Assembly: GCA_965221165.1 (NCBI GenBank)
Contig: CBDCRP010000003.1
Location: 960,001 to 1,024,000, forward strand
Direction of reading: 5' to 3'
Length of the DNA stretch: 64,000 nt
DNA from: a bacterium
GTDB taxonomy: Bacteria > UBA8248
A program made the translations under genes and the position numbers. The notes beneath the pieces are model-generated. The model did not search any database, was not told the origin of the DNA, and saw only the letters and a list, made by a program, of their open reading frames with translations. Positions within the stretch are counted from its first letter, which is position 1. The number at the start of each line of letters is the position of its first letter. Positions 40,901 to 49,472 of this stretch are shown piece by piece.

Positions 40901-41253
40901 TAGCGATTCCAGTAGTCGCTCACCTGCTCACCCTCCGCCGTGAGCCAGGCGTCATCCTCTGCGGGCTTCATCTCCACCACGCCGCGTTCGGGCGTCTGGC
41001 CCTCGCGCGGTCGGCCCCTTTGTATCTGCCGCGCCGCGTAGAGGCCGAAATCGGGCCGGCCCGCACCCTGATCCGCAAGCTCCGGGACGCAGAAAGCCTT
41101 GGGTCTCAGCGCGCCGCCGACCGCGTTCAGCAGGTTCGCGAGAGGGGTGTAGTATGACAGTTCTCCCGTCGCCCCGCCCGATGCGCGCGTGCGCGCGAGA
41201 TCGGAGAAGTAGGTTTCCACCGCCGCCGTCAAGTTTTGGTTCACTGTGCTCAT
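37924..41253 (-). pseudogene. Single-polypeptide restriction-modification enzyme (nuclease + m6A MTase + type ISP-like C-terminal domain) with an in-frame TGA
   Basis: PDFG..VEMKP nuclease motif, GVWYTP, DPCCGTG, NPPY, YRPFD. The two ORFs are in frame across TGA 39517-19 (ISNFS*LDKPSFTGMR). Confidence 0.85.
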
Positions 41254-41372
41254 GGCCTAAGTTTTCGCCGATTGTGCGGGGATGCGCAAGGGCGGGTCGT
41301 CCGATGAGGGAGGGATTGTTCCGACCGGGGGAGGGATTGCCGTAGTGGGGACAACCCCCCGTGGTTGTCCCT

Positions 41373-41990
41373 GCCCCCGTGGTTGTCCTTGTTCAAGGCG
41401 GACCCGATCAGGACAGGCGCGGGGGCCTGTCCCTACAAGGGCTCTCTCCAATCACGGCGATTCCCGCAGGAGTCTTGGCAGGGGACGCATACGTGCGTCC
41501 CGTATTTCACGGAACCAGGAGGGCCGCATATATGCGGCGCTCCCAAGAAGGGAGCGCCACCTACATGATGGCCGGCGAACCATCTTTCCTCCCCCGCGTT
41601 TGACCCCGCATTTCCCCGCATTTGCGGTCGGGGCATATCGGTCGCGCCCGTGTATGCCGGCGAAGCGGGCCGTCACGTCCGGGGATGAGTGAATATCCGA
41701 ATAAAAATGAAAAAAGGTGAAAAATAGTGAAAATATCTGAAAATAAGTGAAAATTTAACGCGTTGATTTTAATGTGGTTATGTGGATTTCAAGGCGAAAG
41801 GGAGGCATGCGCCCCCGTGGTTGTCCTTGTTCAAGGCGGACCCGATCAGGACAGGCGCGGGGGCCTGTCCCTGCAAGGGATCTCTCCAATCACGGCGATT
41901 CCCGCAGGAGTCTTGGCAGGGGACGCATATATGCGGCGCTCCCAAGAAGGGAGCGCCACCTACATGATGGGCGGCGAACCATCTTTCCTC
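41373..41990 (+). repeat. ~180-220-bp direct repeat pair flanking 10-bp-period array copy 2
   Basis: 41373-41591 and 41811-41990 are near-identical, the second lacking 39 bp; array at 41691-41760. Confidence 0.85.
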
Positions 41991-43077
41991 AGTCTGGACA
42001 ATCCCTCCCTCCCCGGTCTGGATTGATTTCCCGGATGAAGCGATCGGCCACTGCTCGCCAACTGTAAGAGGCCGCGCGCTCGATTCCGCATCGTCCCAGT
42101 TCTTCGCGTAATTCTTTGTTTTTCAGCAGATTGACGAGCGCATCGGCCAGGGATTCCCCATTGCCCGAAGGCGGCAGCAGAACGCCCGCATCGCCCACTA
42201 TCTCGGGCGTCGCCGCGAGGTCGAGCGCCACCACGGGCAGGCCCGCCGCCATGGCTTCCAGGAACACGATGCCGAAGCCCTCCTGAAGCGAAGGCAGGCA
42301 GAAGACGTCCGCCGCCGCGTATTCACGGAGCACGTCCTCATCGCCTGACACCTCGCCCAAGAGCGTCACGGCGCCCTCGAGGCCCAGTCTACCCACCTGT
42401 TTTTGAAGGAGACTCAAGCTCGGCCCCCCGCCGACGACGCGCAGCTTCGCCTCAGGAATGGCCGAGAGGACTCCGGGCATGGCCTGGATGAGGCTTTTGG
42501 TGTTCTTTCTGGGATATTGCCGCGCCACCGAGAGAATGGTGCAGCCTGCCGGACGCCTCATCCCGCGCACGCGCCCCCAATGGGCCGGGTGAATCCCGTT
42601 TCCCACGACGCCGACTTTCTCCGCCGAGAGTCCATAAGCCTCGCAGGCCACGCCCCGGCTGTATTCGCTGGTGACGATGACCCTGTCGGCACGGCGCGCG
42701 TTGGCCCGCTCTAGATGGGAGAGGGCGCGTAGATACTGACGCGGCGCACCGCGCTCGAAGCGCATCTCATCGGCCGAGATTCCGTGCAGATACACGATAA
42801 AGGGGGTTTTCAGGCTCAAATCGAAACCGTCGATGTCGAAACCCACGACGAGGTCGTAATCATCGGGCGATATTCGATCCTTCAACTCCAGATTGTACAG
42901 GAGCCTTTGGAGCAGAAGGCTCGACGCGCGCTCGTTGGGGCCGATAATCTTCACCATATGCCCGTTTGCTTCCAGCCCGCCCGCCAGGCCCGTGATGGCC
43001 GCCGCCGTGCCCGTGCCTTTCGCTATATCGAGGGTCCAGGAGTTCAAAAAAGCAATCCGCAAATCTTCCCTCCCCAA
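41989..43077 (-). CDS. Glycosyltransferase family 4
   Basis: VGNGI, RKN, DVFCLPSLQEGFGIVFLEAMAAGLPVV. Confidence 0.9.
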   Translation of the reverse strand: MGREDLRIAFLNSWTLDIAKGTGTAAAITGLAGGLEANGHMVKIIGPNERASSLLLQRLLYNLELKDRISPDDYDLVVGFDIDGFDLSLKTPFIVYLHGISADEMRFERGAPRQYLRALSHLERANARRADRVIVTSEYSRGVACEAYGLSAEKVGVVGNGIHPAHWGRVRGMRRPAGCTILSVARQYPRKNTKSLIQAMPGVLSAIPEAKLRVVGGGPSLSLLQKQVGRLGLEGAVTLLGEVSGDEDVLREYAAADVFCLPSLQEGFGIVFLEAMAAGLPVVALDLAATPEIVGDAGVLLPPSGNGESLADALVNLLKNKELREELGRCGIERAASYSWRAVADRFIREINPDRGGRDCPD

Positions 43078-43108
43078 AACAAAAGAGGGCGCAGCCCCGC
43101 GCCCTCTT
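43078..43108 (-). terminator. Intrinsic terminator-like hairpin after the PCD gene
   Basis: Minus strand AAGAGGGCGC-GGGGCT-GCGCCCTCTT followed by TTGTTTT. Confidence 0.55.
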
Positions 43109-43137
43109 CACCCGTCCTCACGATAAGGATGCTCTCC

Positions 43138-43470
43138 TTATAAGGCCTTATCCGATTTGGCCGCGAAGACGAAATCGCTCTCCGTCAAGCCGTCTATCTT
43201 ATGCGTCCAGACGGTGACCCGGACCTTCCCCCACGCCAGATGGATATCGGGATGATGACCCTGCTCCTCCGCCATCTCGCCCACGCGATTCGTGAAATCA
43301 AGCGCCGCCTGGAAATCGGGAAACCCGTATTCTTTTTCCAGATGGTGCTCATCCACCACGCTCCAATCGCCACCCAACTGTTCCTGGAGAGCGGAGAGAG
43401 CCTCTCCCTGAAGCGGGGGCACGCCACCTTTGCAAGGCACGCATTCCTTGGCCGCAAGCTCGCTGCTCAT
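43138..43470 (-). CDS. phhB: Pterin-4a-carbinolamine dehydratase
   Basis: CVPCKGG, AEEQGHHPDI, WTHKIDGLTESDF. Confidence 0.9.
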   Translation of the reverse strand: MSSELAAKECVPCKGGVPPLQGEALSALQEQLGGDWSVVDEHHLEKEYGFPDFQAALDFTNRVGEMAEEQGHHPDIHLAWGKVRVTVWTHKIDGLTESDFVFAAKSDKAL

Positions 43471-43571
43471 GGGTTTTCCACTCCTCTATGCAGAATGATG
43501 AAATAACCTGGTTGTTCGCCTCGAAAGAACGCCTCATCATCGCGTCTTTCCCGAAAAGCCGCAAGGCCGCA

Positions 43572-44717
43572 TCATCCGCCTTTAAGCGCGGGCATCACCT
43601 CCCGGGCGAACTTCTCCATGCTGGATGCGGCTTTCTCCACGCCCAAGTTCCCGAAATGAAAATAAATGACCATGCCGCCGAAATCCATCTTTTCCCTTTG
43701 CGCCATCAACTCATCGCGCACCTCATGGGCGGTTCCCACGGCCGCCATTCCGTCGCGCATGAGTTGCGCGGGCGTTCTCACCTCCTCGCCGAGTAGTCCC
43801 AAAGGTTTCCCTCGCGCGTCCCCGGTTTCGGGGCCTGAAGGCGCGGGACCCGGCAAACTGCCCGGAAAACGGCGCCTGAGTTCCGCCAGAATCTCGGGCT
43901 GTGCTCCATAGAGATTTCGCCAGTAATACGAGAGAGCAGGCCCCGCCTCGTCAATCGCCCGGGAGCGGGAATCCGCCACGTAGACCTGATGTTCGAGCCA
44001 GACGTGCTCCGCTCCCGCCTCCCAGCCATGGGCGCGGCAGCGCTCGCGGTAATAGGCCGCTTTTTTGAGCAAATCATTGAAGGGTCGATGGCTCAGCACC
44101 ACGGGAGTTCTCATCCTGGCTCCCCAATCGAGCGAGGCCTCGGAATCTGCCGGAAAGAGAATCGGTGGATGAGGCTGCTGCCAGGGCCGCGTCCAGAGTT
44201 GGCAGCGCGGGTAGTGGAAATACCCGCCCTCCCAGTCGAAAGGCTCGGGCTCGCTCCAGGCCTTGAGAATGAATTCCCACGCCTCCTGAAAGCGCCCGCG
44301 GCTCTCGGCCGGATCCACGTTGTAGGCCAGGTATTCCCTGTGCGCGCCGCGCAGGAAACCGGCCACGATGCGTCCACCGCTCAACACGTCGAGCGCCGCA
44401 ATTTCTTCCGCCACGCGCAGCGGCTGAGGGTATAGCGGCAGGCAATAGCCGAGTATCGCGATTTTGGCCCTTTTCGTCCTCGCGGCGATGTGGCCCGCAT
44501 AGACGCCGGGCGTGGGCATCGAGCCGAAGTGCGTGCCGTGGTGTTCGTTCAGGCCGATGCCGTCGATTCCCGCCGCCTCCACGCGCTCCCAGAACCGAAA
44601 ATGCGCCTCCCAGAGCGCGTGGGCCTTCCGGGCGTCGAACTCCGACGCATCGTGCGGATAGCGCGTCTTTCCCTCGAGGTAGGGCCAGGGAATGGTGTCG
44701 AACGAATAGATTTCCAA
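43572..44717 (-). CDS. LLM flavin-dependent oxidoreductase
   Basis: LNEHH, PLRVAEEIAALDVLSGGR, PWQQPHPP. Confidence 0.9.
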   Translation of the reverse strand: MEIYSFDTIPWPYLEGKTRYPHDASEFDARKAHALWEAHFRFWERVEAAGIDGIGLNEHHGTHFGSMPTPGVYAGHIAARTKRAKIAILGYCLPLYPQPLRVAEEIAALDVLSGGRIVAGFLRGAHREYLAYNVDPAESRGRFQEAWEFILKAWSEPEPFDWEGGYFHYPRCQLWTRPWQQPHPPILFPADSEASLDWGARMRTPVVLSHRPFNDLLKKAAYYRERCRAHGWEAGAEHVWLEHQVYVADSRSRAIDEAGPALSYYWRNLYGAQPEILAELRRRFPGSLPGPAPSGPETGDARGKPLGLLGEEVRTPAQLMRDGMAAVGTAHEVRDELMAQREKMDFGGMVIYFHFGNLGVEKAASSMEKFAREVMPALKGG

Positions 44718-44987
44718 GCCCCGCTCCTCACCGAAAACCGGATTCGTGCACCCTCACCCGGCTCTTTTTAACATATTTCCTCATCCGGAATGATGGCGTC
44801 GACGCGATGGAGGCGTGTTCAATGGGTGTCAATCCCGACTGATGAGAAAGGGATTGCCCGGTTTTCCGGATACGTGGTTCATCGCGGATTTATGGATTTC
44901 GCTTTGTGGCCTTATTCACCAGGCTTATTTTCACCCAAACCTCATCAATAAATCCGACATCTCCCGTCTACGTCCGCTGCGCCGCCC

Positions 44988-45467
44988 TCAGCGCCTGAAA
45001 CCGGGTTTGTTCTTCACCCAAAGGGCCGCGCCCCGCAGCCTGCGGAACCAGGGATAAAAGGCGCGCACGCGCTTTGGATTCGAGGCGAACCACTTGACGA
45101 GCCCGCCCAACCAGCCGCCTCCGCTCGTCATCGTCCCGAGCGCCGTCATCGCCTCGGCTCCCTTGTGCCGCCGGCCACCGAAGACGAGAACCATCCCCTC
45201 CTCGACCTCGCAGCCTTGCGCGCGCAACCCGGCGACGAGTTCGGGCGCCCGGTTCGCGTCGATGAGCGTTAGAGGCCGACCGGCCTGCGTCTTGAACCTT
45301 GATTTTCGCGCATAAAAACTACAGAACGGGCATTCGCCGTCATAAAGCAGAAATTCGTCCTGCGAGGAAATATCGGCGGGTTCACTGCGCTCGGCCTCTG
45401 GTGAAGTCATGATTGCCTCCTCCGTTTCCACGTCCGTATTCTCCGCGCGGGAGGACATCGAAAGCAA
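44988..45467 (-). CDS. DCC1-like thiol-disulfide oxidoreductase (DUF393), start uncertain
   Basis: LLYDGECPFC motif. Confidence 0.78.
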   Translation of the reverse strand: MLSMSSRAENTDVETEEAIMTSPEAERSEPADISSQDEFLLYDGECPFCSFYARKSRFKTQAGRPLTLIDANRAPELVAGLRAQGCEVEEGMVLVFGGRRHKGAEAMTALGTMTSGGGWLGGLVKWFASNPKRVRAFYPWFRRLRGAALWVKNKPGFRR

Positions 45468-45570
45468 GCGATAGCGCCCGCGCGGGACTATTCATAAGTT
45501 GGAGAGCAGAGTTCTCCGAGGAGGGGGGATTACCGACCGATGAGGCTTCTATTCCTCAGCCTGTTATCCC

Positions 45571-46266
45571 TCAAGTTTTGCGACTACGTGGTGGACGAGG
45601 AAAACCGCTGCTGAGGCCGTCGATATGTTCGAACAATTCCGGAGCGACCGTGCGCCAGAGCGGATCGAGAATGATACGCACGCCCTCTCGTCGCGCGAGT
45701 TTCGCTGCAGGAACGAAGTCGGCGTCGCCCGCGACGAGGATGATCGTATTCGCCTGTCGTTTAAGTGTGATCGACGTGATGTCTACCCCGATCCGCATAT
45801 CCACCGCTTTCTGGCGAAGGCCGAGAGCGAAATCGTCATCTTTAAGTTCGCTGACCGTAAGTTCGCCTTTCAATAGCCGTTTTTGCGGGGTTTCTTTCAG
45901 CACCCAGCCGCGTTCGCGTCGCACCTCGCCAAGCCGCACGGCGGTGTTGGGTGCGCGTCGCAGTTGCTCGAACAGGTCGTGCCTGAATTGCGCTTCATCG
46001 GTTTTTGCGTAGTCGATACTATGATTGCTGACGGGTTTGTGCTCCTTGCCGTCATAAGGGCTGGCGTCGTAATAGAAAACGCGATAGAGCAACGAGTTCA
46101 CATTGGCGGCGCAAGCGATCTTGTTCTCACGCTTCAGATGCGATGCTACCAATTGACGTATCGCCAAATTGACGGCTTTCGCGTCGTGATGTCTAATTTT
46201 CGGGCGGACTGTCGGAAGACGCTTGAGCAGATAGCCGCCGTCGATGAGAATTGCCACTTTCGCCAT
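45571..46266 (-). CDS. NYN (LabA/DUF88, PIN-fold) domain ribonuclease-like protein
   Basis: ILIDGGY, RVFYYD, QKAVDMRIGVD, AGDADFVPA acidic catalytic residues. Start set at ATG 46266. Confidence 0.9.
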   Translation of the reverse strand: MAKVAILIDGGYLLKRLPTVRPKIRHHDAKAVNLAIRQLVASHLKRENKIACAANVNSLLYRVFYYDASPYDGKEHKPVSNHSIDYAKTDEAQFRHDLFEQLRRAPNTAVRLGEVRRERGWVLKETPQKRLLKGELTVSELKDDDFALGLRQKAVDMRIGVDITSITLKRQANTIILVAGDADFVPAAKLARREGVRIILDPLWRTVAPELFEHIDGLSSGFPRPPRSRKT

Positions 46267-46291
46267 AGAAACGCCGCCGGACATAAAGACA

Positions 46292-46362
46292 TAAAAATGC
46301 CCCCAGGGATCGGCTGCGCTCATGATCGCTAGGAGCACAGCGTACTGCCAAGGGGCGAATCA
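46292..46362 (-). ncRNA. Candidate structured small RNA/attenuator upstream of the NYN gene
   Basis: GCCCCUUGG-CAGUAC-GCUGUGCUC-loop-GAGCGCAGC-CGAUC-CCUGGGGGC-AUUUUU, a two-tier stem followed by a U-tract. Confidence 0.6.
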
Positions 46363-46367
46363 AACTT

Positions 46368-46396
46368 AACATAAGACTTGTAGGCGCAAATGTCAA
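46368..46396 (-). promoter_or_regulatory. Sigma70 promoter driving the candidate RNA and NYN gene
   Basis: TTGACA (46396-91), 17 bp, TATGTT (46373-68). Confidence 0.7.
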
Positions 46397-46454
46397 CTCC
46401 ACGTTTACTCATACATCGGAAGTCAAGCTCCCCCTTCCCCAGCCGGGCTTGCTT

Positions 46455-48221
46455 CTACCACCCTGCGGCGTAGGATTCGCGCCTCGGGTCGGCCCCGCCG
46501 AGGAGGTAGCCCGTCTCGGGGTCTTTCACGATCGCGCAGACGCTGCCCGCAGGCCAGTGGAAATCGGGCCACGAATCGATTCTGTAGCCCAATTCTGAGA
46601 GCGCGCCGCCCACGTCTTTCAGGAGCCGCGCCTCCGCGCGTGCGCTCGCGGGTTCGTAATCGTGGGGCCAGAAGGAGTCGGGGAAATTGTAGGTGGCGGC
46701 GCGGGGAGCTTCGACCGCCATCTGCGGCTGCATGCCGAAGAGCACATGGTTCAGGAAAACTTGCAACATGACCTGGGGCTGGGTGTCGCCCCCCGGCGTG
46801 CCCAGCGTCATGTAGAACGCGCCGTCTTTAAGCGCGAGTGCGGGGTTCGGCGTGAGCCTCGGCCGCTTCCAGGGGGCCAGGCAGCTCGGATGCGCGGGGT
46901 CGAGCCAGCTTTGAGAACCGCGTCCAGAAACGGTGGCGCCCACTCCGGGGACGAAGGGCATCGCGTTCGATGGGTCCGAGGGCGTACAGGAAAAAGCGTT
47001 TCCCGCTGAATCCACCGCCGTGCAGTAGGAAGTGTCGTGCTGGTATTCGGGCGCAGCTTCTTTTGGAACCCGGTGCGCGCCATCGCAACGCCACGGATGC
47101 GCGCCCCCCTGGTGCGCCCAGGGGTCTCCGGGTTCGGGCATATCGGCGAAGGCGGCTCCTGCCTCGACCCGCTTCGCCTGTTGCGCGGCGTATTCGCGCG
47201 AGAGAAGGCCGTCTATGGGCACGTCCACGAACTCCGGATCCCCGATGTAGGCTTCTCTGTCCGCAAACGCGAGATTGAGTGCGGCCATGATGGAGTGGAG
47301 ATACCCGGAGGAATTGTGGGCCAAGGATGCGAGGTCTAAATTGGCGAGAATGTTCATCGCTTCGAGCAGCGTCGGCCCCTGACACCACGGACCGCAGGCG
47401 TAGACCTGATGGCCCATAAATTCCGTTACCACCGGTTCTTCTTCCTGAACGTGGAAATCGGCCATATCACCCAGCGTCAGCAACCCGCCGTTTCGCTGGA
47501 TGAAATCGACCATTAGGCGGGCCGTCTCTCCGGTGTAGACCTCATCGCGCGCCGCGCGCACACCCCCGGCACGCCCCCCCGCCGCTTTTTGCTCCGCGCG
47601 CACCATGCGCCTCATGGTTTCGGCCAGATCGGGAATCCGCACCCGCCCGCCCACGGGGATGAGCTCGCCTTCGGGAAAATAGATGGGCCGCGCGGATTCC
47701 CACCGGGCGTAGGATTCTTCCGCCGCCTTGATGTGGTCGTACATGAAGTTGTGCATGGGAAAGCCGTCTTCGGCCAGGGAGATGGCGTCCTCACTCACTT
47801 CCGCGAAGGTCCTTGTGCCGTAGCGCTCAAGCGCCGTGAGCCAGGCGTCGGCCGCTGCGGGCGTGACGGCGCGCCGGACTCCGGGAGGAATCTCACCATT
47901 GCAGTTTTTCTCGAACCACTCGATGGAAGCCGCCTTGGGCCAGCGGCCCAGCCCGCTGATGGTGAGGACGCGCTCTTCTTTCGCCAGATAGATCATCGTG
48001 GGCGCGACGCCCAGGAACGAAACCATGTCGGTTTGCAGGACGCTCAGGCAAATCCCCGCCGCGACGCCAGCGTCTATCGCGTTCCCGCCTTTTTCCAGGA
48101 TTCTAAGGCCCGCCTGGCTCGCGTAATGATGGCCGGATACGACCATCGCCTCGCGCGCGATGAACTGCGGCCTGTGGGAGATGTATTCTTGGCCATCGGG
48201 TGTGGTGTGGCGAAACGCCAT
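46455..48221 (-). CDS. ggt: Gamma-glutamyltransferase family (Ntn hydrolase)
   Basis: GGNAIDAGVA, AFADRE, DTS nucleophile Thr, GTPGGDTQPQ, GGADPRR. Confidence 0.92.
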   Translation of the reverse strand: MAFRHTTPDGQEYISHRPQFIAREAMVVSGHHYASQAGLRILEKGGNAIDAGVAAGICLSVLQTDMVSFLGVAPTMIYLAKEERVLTISGLGRWPKAASIEWFEKNCNGEIPPGVRRAVTPAAADAWLTALERYGTRTFAEVSEDAISLAEDGFPMHNFMYDHIKAAEESYARWESARPIYFPEGELIPVGGRVRIPDLAETMRRMVRAEQKAAGGRAGGVRAARDEVYTGETARLMVDFIQRNGGLLTLGDMADFHVQEEEPVVTEFMGHQVYACGPWCQGPTLLEAMNILANLDLASLAHNSSGYLHSIMAALNLAFADREAYIGDPEFVDVPIDGLLSREYAAQQAKRVEAGAAFADMPEPGDPWAHQGGAHPWRCDGAHRVPKEAAPEYQHDTSYCTAVDSAGNAFSCTPSDPSNAMPFVPGVGATVSGRGSQSWLDPAHPSCLAPWKRPRLTPNPALALKDGAFYMTLGTPGGDTQPQVMLQVFLNHVLFGMQPQMAVEAPRAATYNFPDSFWPHDYEPASARAEARLLKDVGGALSELGYRIDSWPDFHWPAGSVCAIVKDPETGYLLGGADPRRESYAAGW

Positions 48222-48344
48222 GTGGAGCCTCCTCACTCCAGGAGCATAGAGTAGTCGATATCTTGCCAGATGTATTCAGAGGAACGCAAAGAGTCAGTTC
48301 CGACCGAAGAGGGAGGAAATGTCGCAGAAGCCGAGAAGAGAGAA

Positions 48345-48562
48345 CCCGTCATTCCGGCGCATGTTGGTGGCAACCGTAAGGTTGACCAGAGAATTGATGA
48401 TTTCGTTTTTCCCTTTTCGCCGCCATTCCCACCCAATCATGGAGGGAATGAGATACCACCATATTTTCACTCGCATCAACTCTGGATTCCGGCATTCGCC
48501 GGAATGACAAATCAATTTCCTCCATCCCCGTAGCTGTAGGGGCCGTTCGCGAACGGCCCCTA
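48345..48562. repeat. CGTC composite palindromic element plus GTAG palindrome
   Basis: CCGTCATTCCGGCGCATGTTGGTGGCAACC (inverse of ~21515-21546) ... CTGGATTCCGGCATTCGCCGGAATGAC; GTAGGGGCCGTTCGCGAACGGCCCCTAC. Confidence 0.8.
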
Positions 48563-49462
48563 CGCGAGCGCTTGCTCCACGAAGCGCATGTCCACCGCCT
48601 GCTCGTATGAAACCCCCGTCTCAATCAGCCCACCGCTCAGGCACGCGGCCCGGAGCCACTCGAAGCTCTCTCGCGCGAGTCGGGGATTCTGGTTCCAAAG
48701 ACCGAGGCTTTTGTAGCGCGCGACCGCCTGAGCCAGAAGTTCGAAGTCCATATCCTCGAACCAGGACTTCACGAGCCGGGCAATCGCTTCGGCGTCATGC
48801 GCGGCGAGCCAGCGCTCGGTCTCCCGCATGGCGCGCGTCATGCCGAGGACGGATTCGGGCTGTTCCTTCAGGAATTCATCCGGCGCGTAAAACGCCGTAT
48901 AGGTGGTCAAACCCCGCTCCGCCGCCTGATACCAGATATGGCCCGCGCCCTCTCCCACCAACTCCTCCGCAAAGGGCTGAAACACCTGGATGACGTCGGC
49001 ATCGCCCCCGCGCAGAGCCTCTGCGTTCTCGCCCATCGTCCGGTTCGGGATTCTATCCAGGCCTTGCGGCTCGAGCCCGGCGAGGCGCAAGTCGTGTTGA
49101 AGGCACATCCAGGGGGTGGGCACCTCGCTCACCGTGGCGATTTTCGGACCCATCAGATCGCCCATCCGAAACGCCGGGTTCGGCTCCCGCCCGATGAGAA
49201 AAAACGGGTCTCGGCAGACGACCTCGCAGAAAACCTTGAGGTCGCAATCCGGATTTTTGTCATACGCCACCATGACGCGCATGGGGCCGCCCCAACTCAC
49301 CTGGGCGGCGCCTGCCATCAGCAGGTTCGCGGTCCGGGCGGGATCGGGCGAGGCTTCCAGGCGAACGTCGACGCCTTGCTCCTCATAGGCCCCCAACGCG
49401 AAGGCGGCGTAAAACGGCGTGTAGAAAACGGCCCTGAAATTCTCGAGCAGCGTGATACTCAA
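48560..49462 (-). CDS. NMT1/SsuA-like ABC substrate-binding protein with no obvious signal peptide
   Basis: ENFRAVFYTPFY, GGPMR, DPFFLIGR, FQPF. Confidence 0.82.
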   Translation of the reverse strand: MSITLLENFRAVFYTPFYAAFALGAYEEQGVDVRLEASPDPARTANLLMAGAAQVSWGGPMRVMVAYDKNPDCDLKVFCEVVCRDPFFLIGREPNPAFRMGDLMGPKIATVSEVPTPWMCLQHDLRLAGLEPQGLDRIPNRTMGENAEALRGGDADVIQVFQPFAEELVGEGAGHIWYQAAERGLTTYTAFYAPDEFLKEQPESVLGMTRAMRETERWLAAHDAEAIARLVKSWFEDMDFELLAQAVARYKSLGLWNQNPRLARESFEWLRAACLSGGLIETGVSYEQAVDMRFVEQALA

Positions 49463-49472
49463 ATCGATCTCC

